Both the position numbers and the translations under genes were made by a program. From positions 9,309-73,308 of the forward strand of contig JAWXUS010000006.1 in the NCBI GenBank assembly GCA_044426235.1: a stretch of DNA of 64,000 nucleotides. The letters run 5' to 3'. The first letter of the stretch is position 1. The number at the start of each line of letters is the position of its first letter. Below are positions 42,124 to 54,041 of the stretch, one piece after another. The DNA comes from Peptostreptococcaceae bacterium (lineage in GTDB: Bacteria > Bacillota > Clostridia > Peptostreptococcales > Peptostreptococcaceae). A model generated the notes under the pieces. That model ran no database searches. It was given only the letters and a program-made list of their open reading frames with translations, and had not been told where the DNA came from.

Positions 42124-44190
42124 ATGTCAAGAAAGTTTCCTTTAGAAAGAACTAGAAATATAGGAATCATGGCTCATATAGATGCAGGAAAAACTACTAC
42201 TACAGAAAGAATCCTATTCTATACAGGTCAAACTCATAAAATAGGAGAAACTCATGAAGGAGCTTCTCAAATGGACTGGATGGAGCAAGAGAAGGAGAGA
42301 GGTATAACTATCACTTCTGCTGCTACAACTGCTGAATGGAAAGATAATAGAATAAATATAATAGATACTCCAGGTCACGTTGACTTCACAGTTGAAGTTG
42401 AAAGATCATTAAGAGTACTTGATGGTTCTGTTGCTGTTTTCTGTGCTAAAGGTGGGGTTGAACCTCAATCTGAAAATGTATGGAGACAAGCTGACAACTA
42501 TAATGTACCGAGAATGGCATTCGTTAACAAAATGGATATAATGGGAGCAGACTTCTTCAACGTTGTTAAAATGATGAAAGATAGATTAAATGCTAACGCA
42601 GTTCCTGTTCAATTACCAATAGGTAGCGAAGACGACTTTATAGGTATAATAGATCTTTTAGAAATGAAAGCTCATATGTATAAAGATGATTTAGGAGTTG
42701 ATATAGAAATAACTGAAATTCCAGAAGATATGATGGAGTTATCTAAAGAGTGGAGAGAAAAGTTAGTTGAAGCTGTAGCTGAAACTGATGATTCATTAAT
42801 GGAAAGATTCTTCGAAGGTGAAGAAATATCTGTTGAAGAATTAAACACTGCTATAAGAAAAGCTACTATATCTTGCTCTATGAACCCAGTATTCTGTGGA
42901 TCAGCTTACAAGAATAAAGGAGTTCAGTTAGTTTTAGATGGTGTACTTGCGTACTTACCAGCTCCAACTGATATAGAATCAATAAAAGGAATACTTGAAA
43001 ATGGTGAAGAAGATCAAAGACATTCGTCTGATGAAGAGCCATTCTCAGCTTTAGCATTCAAAATAATGACTGACCCATTCGTTGGGAAGTTAGCATTCTT
43101 TAGAGTTTACTCTGGAATAATGCAAGGTGGATCTTATGTTCTTAACTCTACTAAAGGTAAGAGAGAAAGAATAGGACGTATCCTACAAATGCATGCTAAT
43201 ACAAGAGAAGAAATAACAGAAGTATATGCAGGAGATATAGCTGCAGCAGTAGGTCTTAAAGATACTACTACTGGAGATACATTATGTGATCCAGCTAACC
43301 CAATTATACTTGAGTCTATGGAATTCCCAGAGCCTGTTATATCTGTTGCTATAGAGCCAAAATCAAAAGCTGCTCAAGAAAAGATGGGTATCGCTCTTCA
43401 AAAGTTAGTTGAAGAAGATCCAACTTTCAGAGTTAAAAGTGATGAAGAAACTGGTCAAACTATAATATCTGGAATGGGTGAACTTCACTTAGAGATAATA
43501 GTAGATAGACTTTTAAGAGAATTCAAAGTTGAAGCTAATGTTGGTGCTCCACAAGTTGCATACAGAGAAACTATAACTCAACCAGTTGATGTAGAGTATA
43601 AGTACTCTAAGCAATCTGGAGGTAGAGGACAATACGGACATATTAAGATCAGAGTTAATCCACAAGAACCAGGAGATGGATATAAGTTTGAGAATAAAAC
43701 TGTTGGTGGATCTGTACCAAAAGAATATGTTGGACCAACTGATGCAGGTATTCAAGGTGCTATGGCATCTGGTATAGTTGCTGGTTACCCAGTAGTTGAC
43801 ATTGCTGTTGAATTATATGACGGTTCTTACCATGATGTCGATTCATCAGAAATGGCATTCAAAATGGCTGGATCTATGGCTATGAAAGATGCTCTTAAAA
43901 AAGGTAACTCAATACTTCTTGAACCATACTTCAAAGTTGAAGTTGTTACTCCAGAAGAGTATATGGGAGATGTAATGGGTGGTCTTAACTCTAAGAGAGG
44001 ATTAATCCAAGGTATGGAAGCTAGAAGTGGTGCACAAGTTATAAATGCATTCGTTCCACTTTCAGAAATGTTTGGATATTCAACTGAACTTAGATCTTCA
44101 ACTCAAGGTAGAGCAACATATACAATGATATTTGATCATTATGAGCAAGTACCAGCAAGTGTTGCTAAAAAAGTTGCTGAAGGTAGATAA
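42124..44190 (+). CDS. fusA: elongation factor G
   Basis: Motifs [20 protein letters not shown] and NKMD. 688 aa. Confidence 0.98.
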   Translation: MSRKFPLERTRNIGIMAHIDAGKTTTTERILFYTGQTHKIGETHEGASQMDWMEQEKERGITITSAATTAEWKDNRINIIDTPGHVDFTVEVERSLRVLDGSVAVFCAKGGVEPQSENVWRQADNYNVPRMAFVNKMDIMGADFFNVVKMMKDRLNANAVPVQLPIGSEDDFIGIIDLLEMKAHMYKDDLGVDIEITEIPEDMMELSKEWREKLVEAVAETDDSLMERFFEGEEISVEELNTAIRKATISCSMNPVFCGSAYKNKGVQLVLDGVLAYLPAPTDIESIKGILENGEEDQRHSSDEEPFSALAFKIMTDPFVGKLAFFRVYSGIMQGGSYVLNSTKGKRERIGRILQMHANTREEITEVYAGDIAAAVGLKDTTTGDTLCDPANPIILESMEFPEPVISVAIEPKSKAAQEKMGIALQKLVEEDPTFRVKSDEETGQTIISGMGELHLEIIVDRLLREFKVEANVGAPQVAYRETITQPVDVEYKYSKQSGGRGQYGHIKIRVNPQEPGDGYKFENKTVGGSVPKEYVGPTDAGIQGAMASGIVAGYPVVDIAVELYDGSYHDVDSSEMAFKMAGSMAMKDALKKGNSILLEPYFKVEVVTPEEYMGDVMGGLNSKRGLIQGMEARSGAQVINAFVPLSEMFGYSTELRSSTQGRATYTMIFDHYEQVPASVAKKVAEGR

Positions 44191-44220
44191 TTTATCTATT
44201 TAATATAAATGTTAATAAGG

Positions 44221-44248
44221 GTAAGATGAGGAGTGATCCTCATCTTAC
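44221..44248 (+). other. stable hairpin without a U tract between fusA and tuf
   Basis: 11-bp stem GTAAGATGAGG / CCTCATCTTAC with a 6-nt loop, followed by an A-rich sequence. Confidence 0.45.
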
Positions 44249-44281
44249 ATAAATAAAAATTATAAGAGGAGGTATTTCAAA

Positions 44282-45475
44282 ATGGCAAAAGCTAAATTTG
44301 AAAGAAACAAGCCACACGTAAATATAGGAACAATAGGGCACGTTGACCACGGTAAAACTACGTTAACAGCTGCAATAACAAAAACTCTACACCACAAATA
44401 TCAATTAGGGGAAGCAGTAGACTTCGCTAATATAGATAAAGCACCAGAAGAAAGAGAAAGAGGAATCACAATATCAACAGCACACGTTGAATATGAGACT
44501 CCAAATAGACATTATGCACACGTTGACTGTCCAGGACATGCTGATTATGTTAAGAACATGATAACAGGAGCAGCTCAAATGGATGGAGCAATATTAGTTT
44601 GTTCAGCAACAGATGGACCAATGCCTCAAACAAGAGAGCATATATTATTATCAAGACAAGTTGGGGTACCATATATAGTAGTATTCTTAAACAAGTGTGA
44701 TGTAGTAGATGATGAAGAATTATTAGAGTTAGTTGAAATGGAAATAAGAGACTTATTAAACGAGTACGATTTCCCAGGAGATGATACTCCAATAATGAGA
44801 GGATCAGCTTTAATGGCATTAGAAGATCCAGATTCAGAGTGGGGTAACAAAATAGTAGAATTATTCGAGCAAATAGATACTTATATACCAGAGCCAGAAA
44901 GAGCAGTAGATAAGACTTTCTTAATGCCAGTAGAAGATGTATTCTCAATAACAGGAAGAGGAACAGTTGCTACAGGAAGAGTAGAAAGAGGAGTACTTAA
45001 GGTTCAAGATGAAGTTGAAGTAATAGGATTAACTGAAGAGCCAAGAAAAGTAGTAGTAACAGGAGTAGAAATGTTCAGAAAATTATTAGATCAAGCACAA
45101 GCTGGAGATAATATAGGAGCATTAATAAGAGGGATTCAAAGAGATGAAATCCAAAGAGGTCAAGTTTTAGCTAAAGCTGGAAGTGTTAAGGCACATACAA
45201 AGTTTAAGGCTGAGGTTTACGTATTAAAGAAAGAAGAAGGTGGTAGACATACTCCATTCTTCGATGGATACAGACCACAATTTTACTTTAGAACAACTGA
45301 CGTTACAGGAGCTTGTAAGTTACCAGATGGAATAGAAATGGTAATGCCAGGAGATAACGTAACAATGACAGTTGATTTAATAAACTCAATAGCGATAGAA
45401 GAAGGATTAAGATTCGCTATAAGAGAAGGTGGAAGAACAGTTGCTTCGGGAGTTGTTGCTTCTATAGAAGAATAA
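44282..45475 (+). CDS. tuf: elongation factor Tu, copy 2
   Basis: Protein identical to copy 1, in the canonical str-operon position after fusA. Confidence 0.98.
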   Translation: MAKAKFERNKPHVNIGTIGHVDHGKTTLTAAITKTLHHKYQLGEAVDFANIDKAPEERERGITISTAHVEYETPNRHYAHVDCPGHADYVKNMITGAAQMDGAILVCSATDGPMPQTREHILLSRQVGVPYIVVFLNKCDVVDDEELLELVEMEIRDLLNEYDFPGDDTPIMRGSALMALEDPDSEWGNKIVELFEQIDTYIPEPERAVDKTFLMPVEDVFSITGRGTVATGRVERGVLKVQDEVEVIGLTEEPRKVVVTGVEMFRKLLDQAQAGDNIGALIRGIQRDEIQRGQVLAKAGSVKAHTKFKAEVYVLKKEEGGRHTPFFDGYRPQFYFRTTDVTGACKLPDGIEMVMPGDNVTMTVDLINSIAIEEGLRFAIREGGRTVASGVVASIEE

Positions 45476-45526
45476 TATTTAATTATATTATTTTTAAAGA
45501 AGAGGGAGAGAAATCTCTCTCTTTTT
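44282..45526 (+). repeat. 1245-bp direct repeat, copy 2 (tuf ORF plus 3' UTR terminator)
   Basis: See copy 1. Identity begins at the ATG. The upstream 3 nt differ (GAG versus AAA). Identity ends within the terminator T tract. Confidence 0.85.
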
Positions 45527-45528
45527 TA
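45499..45528 (+). terminator. intrinsic terminator after tuf copy 2
   Basis: Same hairpin as after copy 1, followed by T7. Confidence 0.75.
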
Positions 45529-45552
45529 TTAATATAAAAAGTTTAAATATTA

Positions 45553-45581
45553 TTGACATCTATGTTAAAGTTTTATATAAT
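45553..45581 (+). promoter_or_regulatory. consensus sigma-A promoter of the S10 operon
   Basis: TTGACA (45553-45558), 17-nt spacer, TATAAT (45576-45581). Confidence 0.65.
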
Positions 45582-45646
45582 TATCTAGTGCCAAATCGTA
45601 ATCGAAGTTCAAGATAAAGTTTTTTATAAATAATTATAAAAAAAGC

Positions 45647-45675
45647 TTGAAAATTAAAAGCAGATAGTGTAAACT
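45647..45675 (+). promoter_or_regulatory. possible second promoter in the S10 leader
   Basis: TTGAAA, 17-nt spacer, TAAACT. Confidence 0.3.
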
Positions 45676-45798
45676 AATGTAGTGTGCTTGAGAGATACGA
45701 AAAAACTTTTTTAAAATCTTCCGATAAGAAACAACACACCCGGAGTAGTGTATCGGAAAATGATGAAAGTTAAACATCTGATAAAGGAGGAAAATAAA

Positions 45799-46110
45799 AT
45801 GGCTCAAAACGAAAAAATAAGAATAAGATTAAAATCATATGATCACAAATTATTAGATTTTTCGGCTGCAAAGATAGTTGACACTGCTAAAAAGGCTGGA
45901 TCACAAGTTTCAGGACCTGTGCCACTACCTACTGAAAAGCAAGTTGTAACAATATTAAGAGCTGTACATAAGTACAAAGACTCTAGAGAGCAGTTTGAAA
46001 TAAGAACTCATAAGAGATTAATAGATATATCTAACCCAACGCCTAAGACTGTTGATTCTTTAATGAAATTAGATTTACCAGCTGGTGTTGATATAGAAAT
46101 AAAGTTATAA
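45799..46110 (+). CDS. rpsJ: 30S ribosomal protein S10
   Basis: [19 protein letters not shown] 45799 follows AAAGGAGG. The track start 45748 is an in-frame GTG in the leader. Confidence 0.97.
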   Translation: MAQNEKIRIRLKSYDHKLLDFSAAKIVDTAKKAGSQVSGPVPLPTEKQVVTILRAVHKYKDSREQFEIRTHKRLIDISNPTPKTVDSLMKLDLPAGVDIEIKL

Positions 46111-46190
46111 TAGCAACCTAAGATATGATCTTTGATCATCTTAGAATGATTATTAAATATAATCCGCTGTAAGAATATGGAGGTGCTAAT

Positions 46191-46820
46191 ATGAAAGGTA
46201 TATTAGGAAAAAAATTAGGAATGACTCAGATATTCACTGAAGAAGGTATAGTAGTACCAGTAACAGTGGTTGAGGCAGGACCAAACGTTGTAACTCAAAT
46301 TAAAACTGTTGAGAAAGACGGATATAGTGCTTTACAAGTAGGTTTTGGGGATGCTAAAGAGAAATCTTTCAACAAGCCTCAAAAAGGACATTTAGCAGCT
46401 GCTAAAGTTTTAAAGAAGCATTTAAAAGAATTTAGAATGGATTCAGTAGAATCTTTCGAAGTTGGACAAGAAATCAAAGCTGATTTATTCGCTGCTGGAG
46501 AGAAAATCGACGTTAGTGGAATAAGTAAAGGTAAAGGATTCCAAGGACCAATAAAAAGACATGGTCAATCTAGAGGACCAGAATCTCACGGTTCTAGATA
46601 CCACAGAAGACCAGGATCTATGGGAGCTTGTTCTTTCCCAGGTAGAGTTTTCAAAAACAAAAAATTAGCTGGACACATGGGTAGCGTTAAAGTTACAGTT
46701 CAAAACTTAGAGGTTGTTAAAGTTGATGCTGATAAGAACCTTATATTAGTAAAAGGTGCTATACCAGGAGCTAAGGGTACAGTAGTAACAATAAAAGAAG
46801 CTGTTAAGTCTTCTAAATAA
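46191..46820 (+). CDS. rplC: 50S ribosomal protein L3
   Basis: [16 protein letters not shown]10-operon order. Confidence 0.97.
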   Translation: MKGILGKKLGMTQIFTEEGIVVPVTVVEAGPNVVTQIKTVEKDGYSALQVGFGDAKEKSFNKPQKGHLAAAKVLKKHLKEFRMDSVESFEVGQEIKADLFAAGEKIDVSGISKGKGFQGPIKRHGQSRGPESHGSRYHRRPGSMGACSFPGRVFKNKKLAGHMGSVKVTVQNLEVVKVDADKNLILVKGAIPGAKGTVVTIKEAVKSSK

Positions 46821-46848
46821 TAACTAATCTAAGAAAGGAGGAAGCACA

Positions 46849-47472
46849 ATGCCAAAATTAAATATACTAAATGTTAGCGGACAAAATGTTGGAGAAATAG
46901 AATTATTAGATGCTATATTCAACGTAGAAGTTAATGAACATGTTTTATACGAGGTTGTTAAAAACCAATTAGCAAACAAAAGACAAGGTACTCAATCTGC
47001 TAAGACTAGAGCAGAAGTTAGAGGTGGCGGAAGAAAGCCTTGGAAACAAAAAGGAACTGGTAGAGCAAGACAAGGTTCTATAAGATCTGTACAATGGGTA
47101 GGTGGAGGAGTTGCTTTTGCACCAAAACCAAGAAGTTACAGATATACTTTACCTAAGAAGGTAAGAAGATTAGCTATAAAGAGTGCTTTAACTTCTAAAG
47201 TACAAAATGGAGAAATGATAGTATTAGATGCATTAAATATGAATGCTCCTAAGACTAAAGAGTTTGTTCAAATATTAAAGAATGTTAATTCAAACAAAAA
47301 AGCTTTAATAGTAACTGCTGAAAATAACGATAATGTTATAAAATCAGCTAGAAACATAGAAGGTGTTGCTACTGCTACAGTTAACACAATAAATGTTTAT
47401 GACATATTAAAGTATGATTCATTCATAATAACTACAGATGCTGTTAAAAAAGTGGAGGAGGTGTACGCATAA
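46849..47472 (+). CDS. rplD: 50S ribosomal protein L4
   Basis: [20 protein letters not shown] motif. Confidence 0.97.
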   Translation: MPKLNILNVSGQNVGEIELLDAIFNVEVNEHVLYEVVKNQLANKRQGTQSAKTRAEVRGGGRKPWKQKGTGRARQGSIRSVQWVGGGVAFAPKPRSYRYTLPKKVRRLAIKSALTSKVQNGEMIVLDALNMNAPKTKEFVQILKNVNSNKKALIVTAENNDNVIKSARNIEGVATATVNTINVYDILKYDSFIITTDAVKKVEEVYA

Positions 47473-47762
47473 TGACTAATCCACATGATATAATAAAAAA
47501 GCCAATAGTTACTGAAAAAAGTATGGCTGAAATGACTGATAAGAACTATACTTTCGTAGTGGCTAAGTTTGCTAATAAAACTGAAATAAAGAAGGCTGTT
47601 GAAGCTATATTCGGAGTTAAAGTTGATAGAGTTAATACATTAAACTACGATGGAAAAGTTAAAAGAATGGGTAGACATGAAGGAAGAACTGCAAGCTTTA
47701 AGAAAGCAGTAGTTAAATTAACTGCTGATAGTAAAGAAATAGAATTCTTCCAAGGAATGTAA
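47472..47762 (+). CDS. rplW: 50S ribosomal protein L23
   Basis: L23 sequence. Its ATG overlaps the rplD stop. Confidence 0.97.
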   Translation: MTNPHDIIKKPIVTEKSMAEMTDKNYTFVVAKFANKTEIKKAVEAIFGVKVDRVNTLNYDGKVKRMGRHEGRTASFKKAVVKLTADSKEIEFFQGM

Positions 47763-47791
47763 TTCAAAAACCATAAAAGGAGGGAAAACAG

Positions 47792-48622
47792 ATGGCTATA
47801 AAAAAGTTTAAACCAACTTCTCCTGCCTTAAGACAAATGACAGTGTTAGTTTCTGATGAGATAACTTGCAATCAACCAGAAAAGTCTCTTTTAACTTCAT
47901 TAAAGAAACATTCTGGTAGAAATGCACACGGAAAAATAACTGTTCGTCACAGAGGTGGAGGAAACAGAAGAAAATATAGAATAATAGATTTTAAAAGAAA
48001 TAAAGATGGTATACCTGCAAAGGTTGCTACAGTAGAATATGATCCAAATAGAACTGCTAATATAGCTCTTCTTCACTATGCAGATGGAGAAAAAAGATAT
48101 ATCCTAGCACCAGTTGGATTAGTTGTTGGAAGTACAATATTATCAGGACCAACTGCTGATATAAAGCCTGGAAATGCATTAGCACTTAAGGATATGCCAG
48201 TAGGTACTGTAATCCACAATATAGAATTAAAGCCTGGAAAAGGAGCTCAATTAGTAAGATCTGCTGGAGTTTCTGCTCAATTAATGGCTAAAGAAGGAAA
48301 AAGAGCATTACTTAGATTACCATCAGGAGAAATGAGATATGTTAGCATAGAATGTAAAGCTACTATCGGTCAAGTTGGTAACGTAGAACACGGAAACGTT
48401 GTTATAGGTAAAGCCGGAAGAAAAAGACATATGGGTATTAGACCTACAGTAAGAGGATCTGTAATGAACCCTTGCGACCATCCACACGGAGGAGGGGAAG
48501 GTAGAACTTCAATAGGTAGACCATCACCTGTAACTCCATGGGGTAAACCAGCTCTTGGATATAAAACTAGAAAGAAAAATAAAGCTTCTGATAAGTTAAT
48601 AGTATCTAGAAGAACGAAGTAA
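47792..48622 (+). CDS. rplB: 50S ribosomal protein L2
   Basis: [18 protein letters not shown] and DHPHGGGEG. Confidence 0.98.
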   Translation: MAIKKFKPTSPALRQMTVLVSDEITCNQPEKSLLTSLKKHSGRNAHGKITVRHRGGGNRRKYRIIDFKRNKDGIPAKVATVEYDPNRTANIALLHYADGEKRYILAPVGLVVGSTILSGPTADIKPGNALALKDMPVGTVIHNIELKPGKGAQLVRSAGVSAQLMAKEGKRALLRLPSGEMRYVSIECKATIGQVGNVEHGNVVIGKAGRKRHMGIRPTVRGSVMNPCDHPHGGGEGRTSIGRPSPVTPWGKPALGYKTRKKNKASDKLIVSRRTK

Positions 48623-48656
48623 TAGATTTACTTTTACGCAGAAAGGAGGAAGTTAG

Positions 48657-48938
48657 ATGTCAAGATCAACTAAAAAAGGACCTTTTATACATGCAAGACT
48701 TCTTAAGAAAATAGAAGCGATGAACGAAAGTGGAAGTAGAGAAGTTATCAAGACTTGGTCAAGATCTTCAACAATATTCCCACAAATGGTAGAACATACT
48801 ATAGCTGTTCATGATGGTAGAAAACATGTTCCAGTTTTCATAACTGAAGATATGGTTGGACACAAATTAGGTGAATTCGTTCCTACAAGAACTTTCAAAG
48901 GACATAAGGACGACGAAAAATCTAATAAAAGAAGATAA
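48657..48938 (+). CDS. rpsS: 30S ribosomal protein S19
   Basis: [11 protein letters not shown] ... GHKLGEF. Confidence 0.97.
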   Translation: MSRSTKKGPFIHARLLKKIEAMNESGSREVIKTWSRSSTIFPQMVEHTIAVHDGRKHVPVFITEDMVGHKLGEFVPTRTFKGHKDDEKSNKRR

Positions 48939-48970
48939 TAATTTTCTGACTAAGGAAGGAGGAATAGCAA

Positions 48971-49306
48971 ATGGAAGCAAAAGCTACTGCTAAATACGTA
49001 CGTGTTTCACCAAGAAAAGCAGGACAAATCTGTGACCTTGTTAGAGGTAAGAATGTTGATGAGGCTTTAGCAATATTAAAGTTCACTCCAAGAGGAGCGG
49101 CTGAAATAATAGCTAAAGTTGTTAAGTCTGCTAAGGCTAACGCTGAAAACAATCACGAAATGGACGTAGAAAAGTTATATATAGACTCTGTAGTTGCAAA
49201 CCAAGGGCCAACAATGAAGAGATTCATGCCTAGAGCTCAGGGACGTGCTACTATGATAAGAAAAAGAACTTCTCATATAGAGGTTGTTTTAAAAGAAAAA
49301 AAATAA
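48971..49306 (+). CDS. rplV: 50S ribosomal protein L22
   Basis: L22 sequence ([18 protein letters not shown]). Confidence 0.97.
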   Translation: MEAKATAKYVRVSPRKAGQICDLVRGKNVDEALAILKFTPRGAAEIIAKVVKSAKANAENNHEMDVEKLYIDSVVANQGPTMKRFMPRAQGRATMIRKRTSHIEVVLKEKK

Positions 49307-49328
49307 TTAAGAGATAGGAGGGAAATTA

Positions 49329-50126
49329 ATGGGTCAAAAGGTTAATCCACACGGACTAAGAGTCGGTGTTATAAAAGATTGGGACTCAAGATGGTTTGCT
49401 ACTAGCAAAAAAGAGTTCGGAAACTTAATATTAGAAGATCATAATGTACGTAAATTCTTAAAGAAGAAAATATACTCAGCTGGTGTTGATAATATTGAAA
49501 TAGAAAGATCAGCTAACAAGTTAAAACTAGACTTACATGTTGCTAAGCCAGGTGTAGTTATAGGTAGAGCTGGAGCTGGAATAGATGCTTTAAAGGCTGA
49601 ATTAGAAAAGATGACTAAAAAAACAGTTATAGTTAATATAATTGAAGTTAGAAATCCAGACAAATCAGCTCAATTAGTTGCTGAGAATATAGCTTTAGCT
49701 ATAGAAAGAAGAGTTGCTTTTAGAAGAGCAATGAAACAAGCTATACAAAGAGCTATGAAATCAGGAGTTAAAGGAATTAAAGTTTCTGCTTCTGGAAGAC
49801 TTGGTGGAGCTGAAATGGCTAGAACTGAAGGTTATAGCGAAGGTATAGTGCCACTTCAAACATTAAGAGCTGATATAGATTACGGTTTTGCTGAAGCTAA
49901 TACAACTTACGGAAAAACTGGTATAAAGGTTTGGATATGTAATGGAGAGGTTTTACCAACTAGAAATGGTGTAAACCCAAGAGAAGAAAGAAGAGACAAC
50001 AGAAGAGATAACAGAAGAGATAACAGAAGAAACGATAGAAGAGATAACAGAAGAGGAAATGATAACAGAGGACCAAGAAATTCTCAAGGATCAAGACCTC
50101 AAAGAACTGAAAATAGAGGAAATTAA
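49329..50126 (+). CDS. rpsC: 30S ribosomal protein S3 with an Arg/Asp/Asn-rich repetitive C-terminal extension
   Basis: [13 protein letters not shown], then KH and S3-C domains, then the tail [28 protein letters not shown]. Confidence 0.97.
   Translation: MGQKVNPHGLRVGVIKDWDSRWFATSKKEFGNLILEDHNVRKFLKKKIYSAGVDNIEIERSANKLKLDLHVAKPGVVIGRAGAGIDALKAELEKMTKKTVIVNIIEVRNPDKSAQLVAENIALAIERRVAFRRAMKQAIQRAMKSGVKGIKVSASGRLGGAEMARTEGYSEGIVPLQTLRADIDYGFAEANTTYGKTGIKVWICNGEVLPTRNGVNPREERRDNRRDNRRDNRRNDRRDNRRGNDNRGPRNSQGSRPQRTENRGN
49989..50060 (+). repeat. six tandem 12-nt units (AGAAGAGATAAC and variants) inside the rpsC 3' end
   Basis: Units at 49989, 50001, 50013, 50025, 50037 and 50049. Three are identical and three diverge at 1-5 positions. 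Confidence 0.8.
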
Positions 50127-50159
50127 TAAGATTTAGGTTCAAGGAAGGAGGAAATACTC

Positions 50160-50591
50160 ATGTTAATGCCAAAAAGAGTAAAGCGTCGTAGAGTTCATAG
50201 AGGAAGTATGGCTGGTAAGGCTTTAAAAGGTAACAAAGTTACTTATGGAGAGTTCGGATTAGTTGCACTTGAAGCTGCTTGGATAACTTCTAATCAAATA
50301 GAAGCTGCCAGAATAGCTATGACAAGATCAATAAAAAGAGGCGGGAAGGTTTGGATAAAAATATTCCCTCACAAGCCAGTAACAAAGAAACCAGCAGAAA
50401 CTCGTATGGGAGCTGGTAAAGGTTCTCCAGAGTACTGGGTAGCTGTTGTTAAACCAGGAAGAGTTATGTTTGAATTAGCAGGTGTTTCTGAAGAAAAAGC
50501 TAGAGAAGCTATGAGACTTGCTATGCATAAATTACCTATAAAATGTAAGTTTGTAAAGAAAGAAGATTTAGAAGTAAAGGGTGGTGAATAG
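50160..50591 (+). CDS. rplP: 50S ribosomal protein L16
   Basis: [15 protein letters not shown] and the full L16 sequence. Confidence 0.97.
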   Translation: MLMPKRVKRRRVHRGSMAGKALKGNKVTYGEFGLVALEAAWITSNQIEAARIAMTRSIKRGGKVWIKIFPHKPVTKKPAETRMGAGKGSPEYWVAVVKPGRVMFELAGVSEEKAREAMRLAMHKLPIKCKFVKKEDLEVKGGE

Positions 50592-50592
50592 G

Positions 50593-50796
50593 ATGCAAGC
50601 TAAAGAATTAAGAAATTTAACAAGCGAAGATCTAGTGAACAAGTTAAATGACTTCAAAAGTGATTTATTTAGTTTAAGATTCCAATTAGCTACTGGTCAA
50701 TTAGAAAATACAGCTAAAATAAAGTTTATAAAGAAGGATATAGCTAGAGTTAAGACTATCCTTGCTGAAAGAAAGTTAAACGAAGCTAGAGCTTAA
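50593..50796 (+). CDS. rpmC: 50S ribosomal protein L29
   Basis: [17 protein letters not shown] 50593 lies just after the rplP stop. The track GTG 50581 lies inside rplP. Confidence 0.95.
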   Translation: MQAKELRNLTSEDLVNKLNDFKSDLFSLRFQLATGQLENTAKIKFIKKDIARVKTILAERKLNEARA

Positions 50797-50819
50797 TTTG
50801 GAAAAGGAGGCTTTTACAC

Positions 50820-51077
50820 ATGCAAGAAAGAGGAAGTAGAAAAGTAAGAATAGGGCGTGTTGTAAGTGATAAGATGGACAAGACAATAGTTGTTGCTGTT
50901 GAAGATTTCGTACGTCACCCACTATACAACAAGCGTGTTAAGAGAACTAAAAAATTCAAAACTCACGATGAACAAAATGTATGTAGAATCGGAGACAAAG
51001 TAAAAATAATGGAAACTAGACCTTTATCTAAAGATAAAAGATTCAGATTAGTTGAAGTTGTTGAAAAAGTTAAGTAG
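50820..51077 (+). CDS. rpsQ: 30S ribosomal protein S17
   Basis: [19 protein letters not shown]. Confidence 0.97.
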   Translation: MQERGSRKVRIGRVVSDKMDKTIVVAVEDFVRHPLYNKRVKRTKKFKTHDEQNVCRIGDKVKIMETRPLSKDKRFRLVEVVEKVK

Positions 51078-51104
51078 TTTTTTTGGAAAAGGAGGGATTA
51101 CGTA

Positions 51105-51473
51105 ATGATACAACAAGAAACACGTCTAAGAGTTGCTGACAACTCTGGTGCTAAAGAAATATTATGTATCCGTGTGTTAGGCGGAAGTAAAAGAAAATAT
51201 GGTAACATAGGTGACGTGATAGTTGCTACTGTTAAAAGTGCAACACCTGGTGGAGTTGTAAAAAAAGGTAAAGTCGTTAAAGCTGTTATAGTAAGAACTA
51301 AGCAAGGAGCTAGACGTAAAGATGGAAGTTACATATCTTTCGATGAAAATGCTGCTGTTATAATAAAAGACGACAAGACTCCAGTAGGAACTCGTATATT
51401 CGGGCCTGTTGCTAGAGAGTTAAGAGATAATGACTTCATGAAAATAGTATCTCTTGCTCCAGAAGTACTATAA
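51105..51473 (+). CDS. rplN: 50S ribosomal protein L14
   Basis: [17 protein letters not shown]. Confidence 0.98.
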   Translation: MIQQETRLRVADNSGAKEILCIRVLGGSKRKYGNIGDVIVATVKSATPGGVVKKGKVVKAVIVRTKQGARRKDGSYISFDENAAVIIKDDKTPVGTRIFGPVARELRDNDFMKIVSLAPEVL

Positions 51474-51492
51474 TTAAGGAGGTCGATGAGAC

Positions 51493-51801
51493 ATGATGCG
51501 TGTTAAAAAAGGCGACACTGTTGTAGTTATAGCAGGTAAAGATAAAGGTAAAAAAGGTACTATAGTAAAGGTTATGCCAAAAACTAACAGAGTTTTAGTT
51601 GAAGGTGTTAACATTATAACTAAGCACCAAAAGCCAACTGCTATCAACCCACAAGGTGGAATAGTAAACAAAGAAGCTTCTATACACATATCTAATGTAA
51701 TGCCATTAGATCCTGAAACAGGAAAAGGTACGAGAGTTAGATACGAAGTAAAAGAAGGTAAAAAAGTTAGAGTATCAGTAAAGAGCGGAAAAGAAATATA
51801 A
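51493..51801 (+). CDS. rplX: 50S ribosomal protein L24
   Basis: (M)[24 protein letters not shown] motif. The start could be the second ATG at 51496. Confidence 0.97.
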   Translation: MMRVKKGDTVVVIAGKDKGKKGTIVKVMPKTNRVLVEGVNIITKHQKPTAINPQGGIVNKEASIHISNVMPLDPETGKGTRVRYEVKEGKKVRVSVKSGKEI

Positions 51802-51826
51802 TATAGCTTGAAAGGAGGGACCTTAA

Positions 51827-52369
51827 ATGGCTTCTAGATTACAAGAAAAATACATGAAAGAAGTTGCTCCTGCTTTAATGGAGAAATTCGGATACAAGAA
51901 TGTTATGGAAATACCTAAGTTAGAGAAAATCGTTATAAACATGGGTATGGGTGAGGCTAGAGAAAATCCAAAAGGATTAGAAAAAGCTGTTGAAGAAATG
52001 GAAATGATAACTGGACAAAAGCCAGTTACAACTAGAGCAAGAAAATCTGTTGCAAACTTCAAATTAAGAGAAGGAATGCCAATAGGAGCAAAAACAACTT
52101 TAAGAGCTGATAAAATGTACTACTTCATGGACAAGTTAGTATCAGTATCTTTACCAAGAGTAAGAGACTTCAGAGGAGTAAATGCTAATGCATTTGATGG
52201 AAGAGGAAACTATGCTTTAGGTATAAAAGAGCAATTAATATTCCCTGAAATAGAATACGATAAAGTAGATAAAGTAAGAGGAATGGATATAATATTCGTT
52301 ACGACTGCAAAGACTGACGAAGAAGCACGTGAATTATTAAAATTATTAGGAATGCCGTTTTCTAAGTAA
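51827..52369 (+). CDS. rplE: 50S ribosomal protein L5
   Basis: Full-length L5 sequence. Confidence 0.97.
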   Translation: MASRLQEKYMKEVAPALMEKFGYKNVMEIPKLEKIVINMGMGEARENPKGLEKAVEEMEMITGQKPVTTRARKSVANFKLREGMPIGAKTTLRADKMYYFMDKLVSVSLPRVRDFRGVNANAFDGRGNYALGIKEQLIFPEIEYDKVDKVRGMDIIFVTTAKTDEEARELLKLLGMPFSK

Positions 52370-52417
52370 GCTTAGAAAAGGACATTTTCTAAGTTAATTA
52401 ATGAAGGAGGGATTCCA

Positions 52418-52603
52418 GTGGCTAGAAAAGCAATGATTGTGAAGCAACAAAAGAAACAAAAGTACGCTACTAGAGAATACACTAGATGTAGTATATGTGG
52501 TAGACCGCATTCAGTTTTAAGAAAATTCGGAATATGCCGTATATGCTTTAGAGAATTAGCTTACAAAGGTCAAATACCTGGTGTTAGAAAATCAAGCTGG
52601 TAA
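52418..52603 (+). CDS. rpsN: 30S ribosomal protein S14 type Z (zinc-binding, 61 aa)
   Basis: [24 protein letters not shown] start after GAAGGAGGG. Confidence 0.95.
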   Translation: MARKAMIVKQQKKQKYATREYTRCSICGRPHSVLRKFGICRICFRELAYKGQIPGVRKSSW

Positions 52604-52635
52604 AAGCTTGATCAAAATGGAAGGAGGGTTTCAAT

Positions 52636-53034
52636 ATGACAATGACAGATCCAATAGCAGATATGTTAACTCGTATCAGAAATGCTAACATAGTTAAGCA
52701 TGAAACTGTTGATGTTCCTGCTTCTAATATGAAAAAAGAATTATCTAAAATCTTATTAGAAGAAGGTTTCATAAAAGGTTATGATGTTATAGAAGATGGA
52801 AAACAAGGAATAATAAGAATACAATTAAAGTACGGACAAAGCGGAGAAAGAGTTATATCAGGACTTAAGAGAATATCAAAGCCTGGTATGAGAGTATACG
52901 CTGCGAAGCATGAAGTACCTAAAGTATTAAATGGTTTAGGAATATCAATAGTATCAACTTCTAAAGGGGTTGTAACTGATAAAATAGCTAGAAAAGAAAA
53001 TGTTGGTGGAGAAGTAATCTGCTACGTTTGGTAA
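52636..53034 (+). CDS. rpsH: 30S ribosomal protein S8
   Basis: [17 protein letters not shown]. Confidence 0.98.
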   Translation: MTMTDPIADMLTRIRNANIVKHETVDVPASNMKKELSKILLEEGFIKGYDVIEDGKQGIIRIQLKYGQSGERVISGLKRISKPGMRVYAAKHEVPKVLNGLGISIVSTSKGVVTDKIARKENVGGEVICYVW

Positions 53035-53063
53035 TATAAACGAAAGTGTAAGGAGGTGCCAAT

Positions 53064-53606
53064 ATGTCAAGAATAGGTGTTAAGCCAATAACAGTACCAT
53101 CTGGTGTTGAAGTAACTATATCTAACGATAACTTTGTTACAGTAAAAGGACCAAAAGGAACTTTAACTAAGCAATTAGATGGTGCATTAACTATAAAGCA
53201 AGAAGAAAATACTATAACTGTTGAAAGACCTACTAACAATAAGCAACACAGATCTTTACATGGATTAACTAGAACTTTATTAGATAATATGGTTGTAGGT
53301 GTTACTGAAGGTTTCGAAAAGAAATTAGAATTAATAGGTGTTGGATACAGAGCACAAAAGCAAGGAAAGAAACTAGTTATGAGTTTAGGATTCTCTCATC
53401 CAGTTGAAATGGAAGATCCAGAAGGAATAACAGTTGAAGCTCCAAATCAAACTGAATTAGTAGTTAAAGGAATCGACAAGCAATTAGTTGGAAACTATGC
53501 TGCTAAAATAAGAGACTGGAGAAAGCCAGAGCCATACAAAGGTAAAGGTATAAGATACGCTGGTGAAGTAGTAAGACGTAAAGAAGGTAAAACTGGTAAG
53601 AAGTAA
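53064..53606 (+). CDS. rplF: 50S ribosomal protein L6
   Basis: [17 protein letters not shown]. Confidence 0.97.
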   Translation: MSRIGVKPITVPSGVEVTISNDNFVTVKGPKGTLTKQLDGALTIKQEENTITVERPTNNKQHRSLHGLTRTLLDNMVVGVTEGFEKKLELIGVGYRAQKQGKKLVMSLGFSHPVEMEDPEGITVEAPNQTELVVKGIDKQLVGNYAAKIRDWRKPEPYKGKGIRYAGEVVRRKEGKTGKK

Positions 53607-53642
53607 TAATACCAAACTTAAACGCTAGAAAGGAGTGGCCTT

Positions 53643-54011
53643 ATGATAAAGAAAGCAGATAAAAACTCTAATAGACTTCAAAGACATAAGAGAGTTCGTA
53701 GAAAGATAACTGGAACTACTCAAAGACCAAGATTATGTGTATTTAGAAGTTCTAACAATATATACGCTCAAATAATAGATGACACTAATAGAGTTACTGT
53801 AGTTTCAGCATCTAGCTTAGATGCTCAAGTTAAAGAAGCTGTTGGACATAAAGGAAATAAAGAAGCGGCTAAATTAGTTGGTTCTATAATAGGTAAAAAA
53901 GCTGTAGAAAAAGGTATAACTGAAGTTGTATTTGACAGAGGTGGATACTTATATCACGGTAGAGTTAAAGAATTAGCAGATGCAGCTAGAGAAGCTGGAC
54001 TTAAATTCTAA
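53643..54011 (+). CDS. rplR: 50S ribosomal protein L18
   Basis: [12 protein letters not shown] ... [24 protein letters not shown]. Confidence 0.97.
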   Translation: MIKKADKNSNRLQRHKRVRRKITGTTQRPRLCVFRSSNNIYAQIIDDTNRVTVVSASSLDAQVKEAVGHKGNKEAAKLVGSIIGKKAVEKGITEVVFDRGGYLYHGRVKELADAAREAGLKF

Positions 54012-54041
54012 TTAACTAAACTAAGAAGGAGGGAAATGCCC

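Noticed and set aside
45748-45798. N-terminal extensions in the ORF track for rpsJ, rplK, rpmC, rplO, rpsM, purA, dnaB, radA, clpC, rlmH, rbr, thyX, yacP and the PhnA-like gene.
   Set aside because: The track takes the first in-frame ATG/GTG/TTG. In each case that codon lies inside or upstream of the GGAGG Shine-Dalgarno sequence, and the canonical conserved N-terminus begins at a downstream ATG with 6-10 nt spacing.
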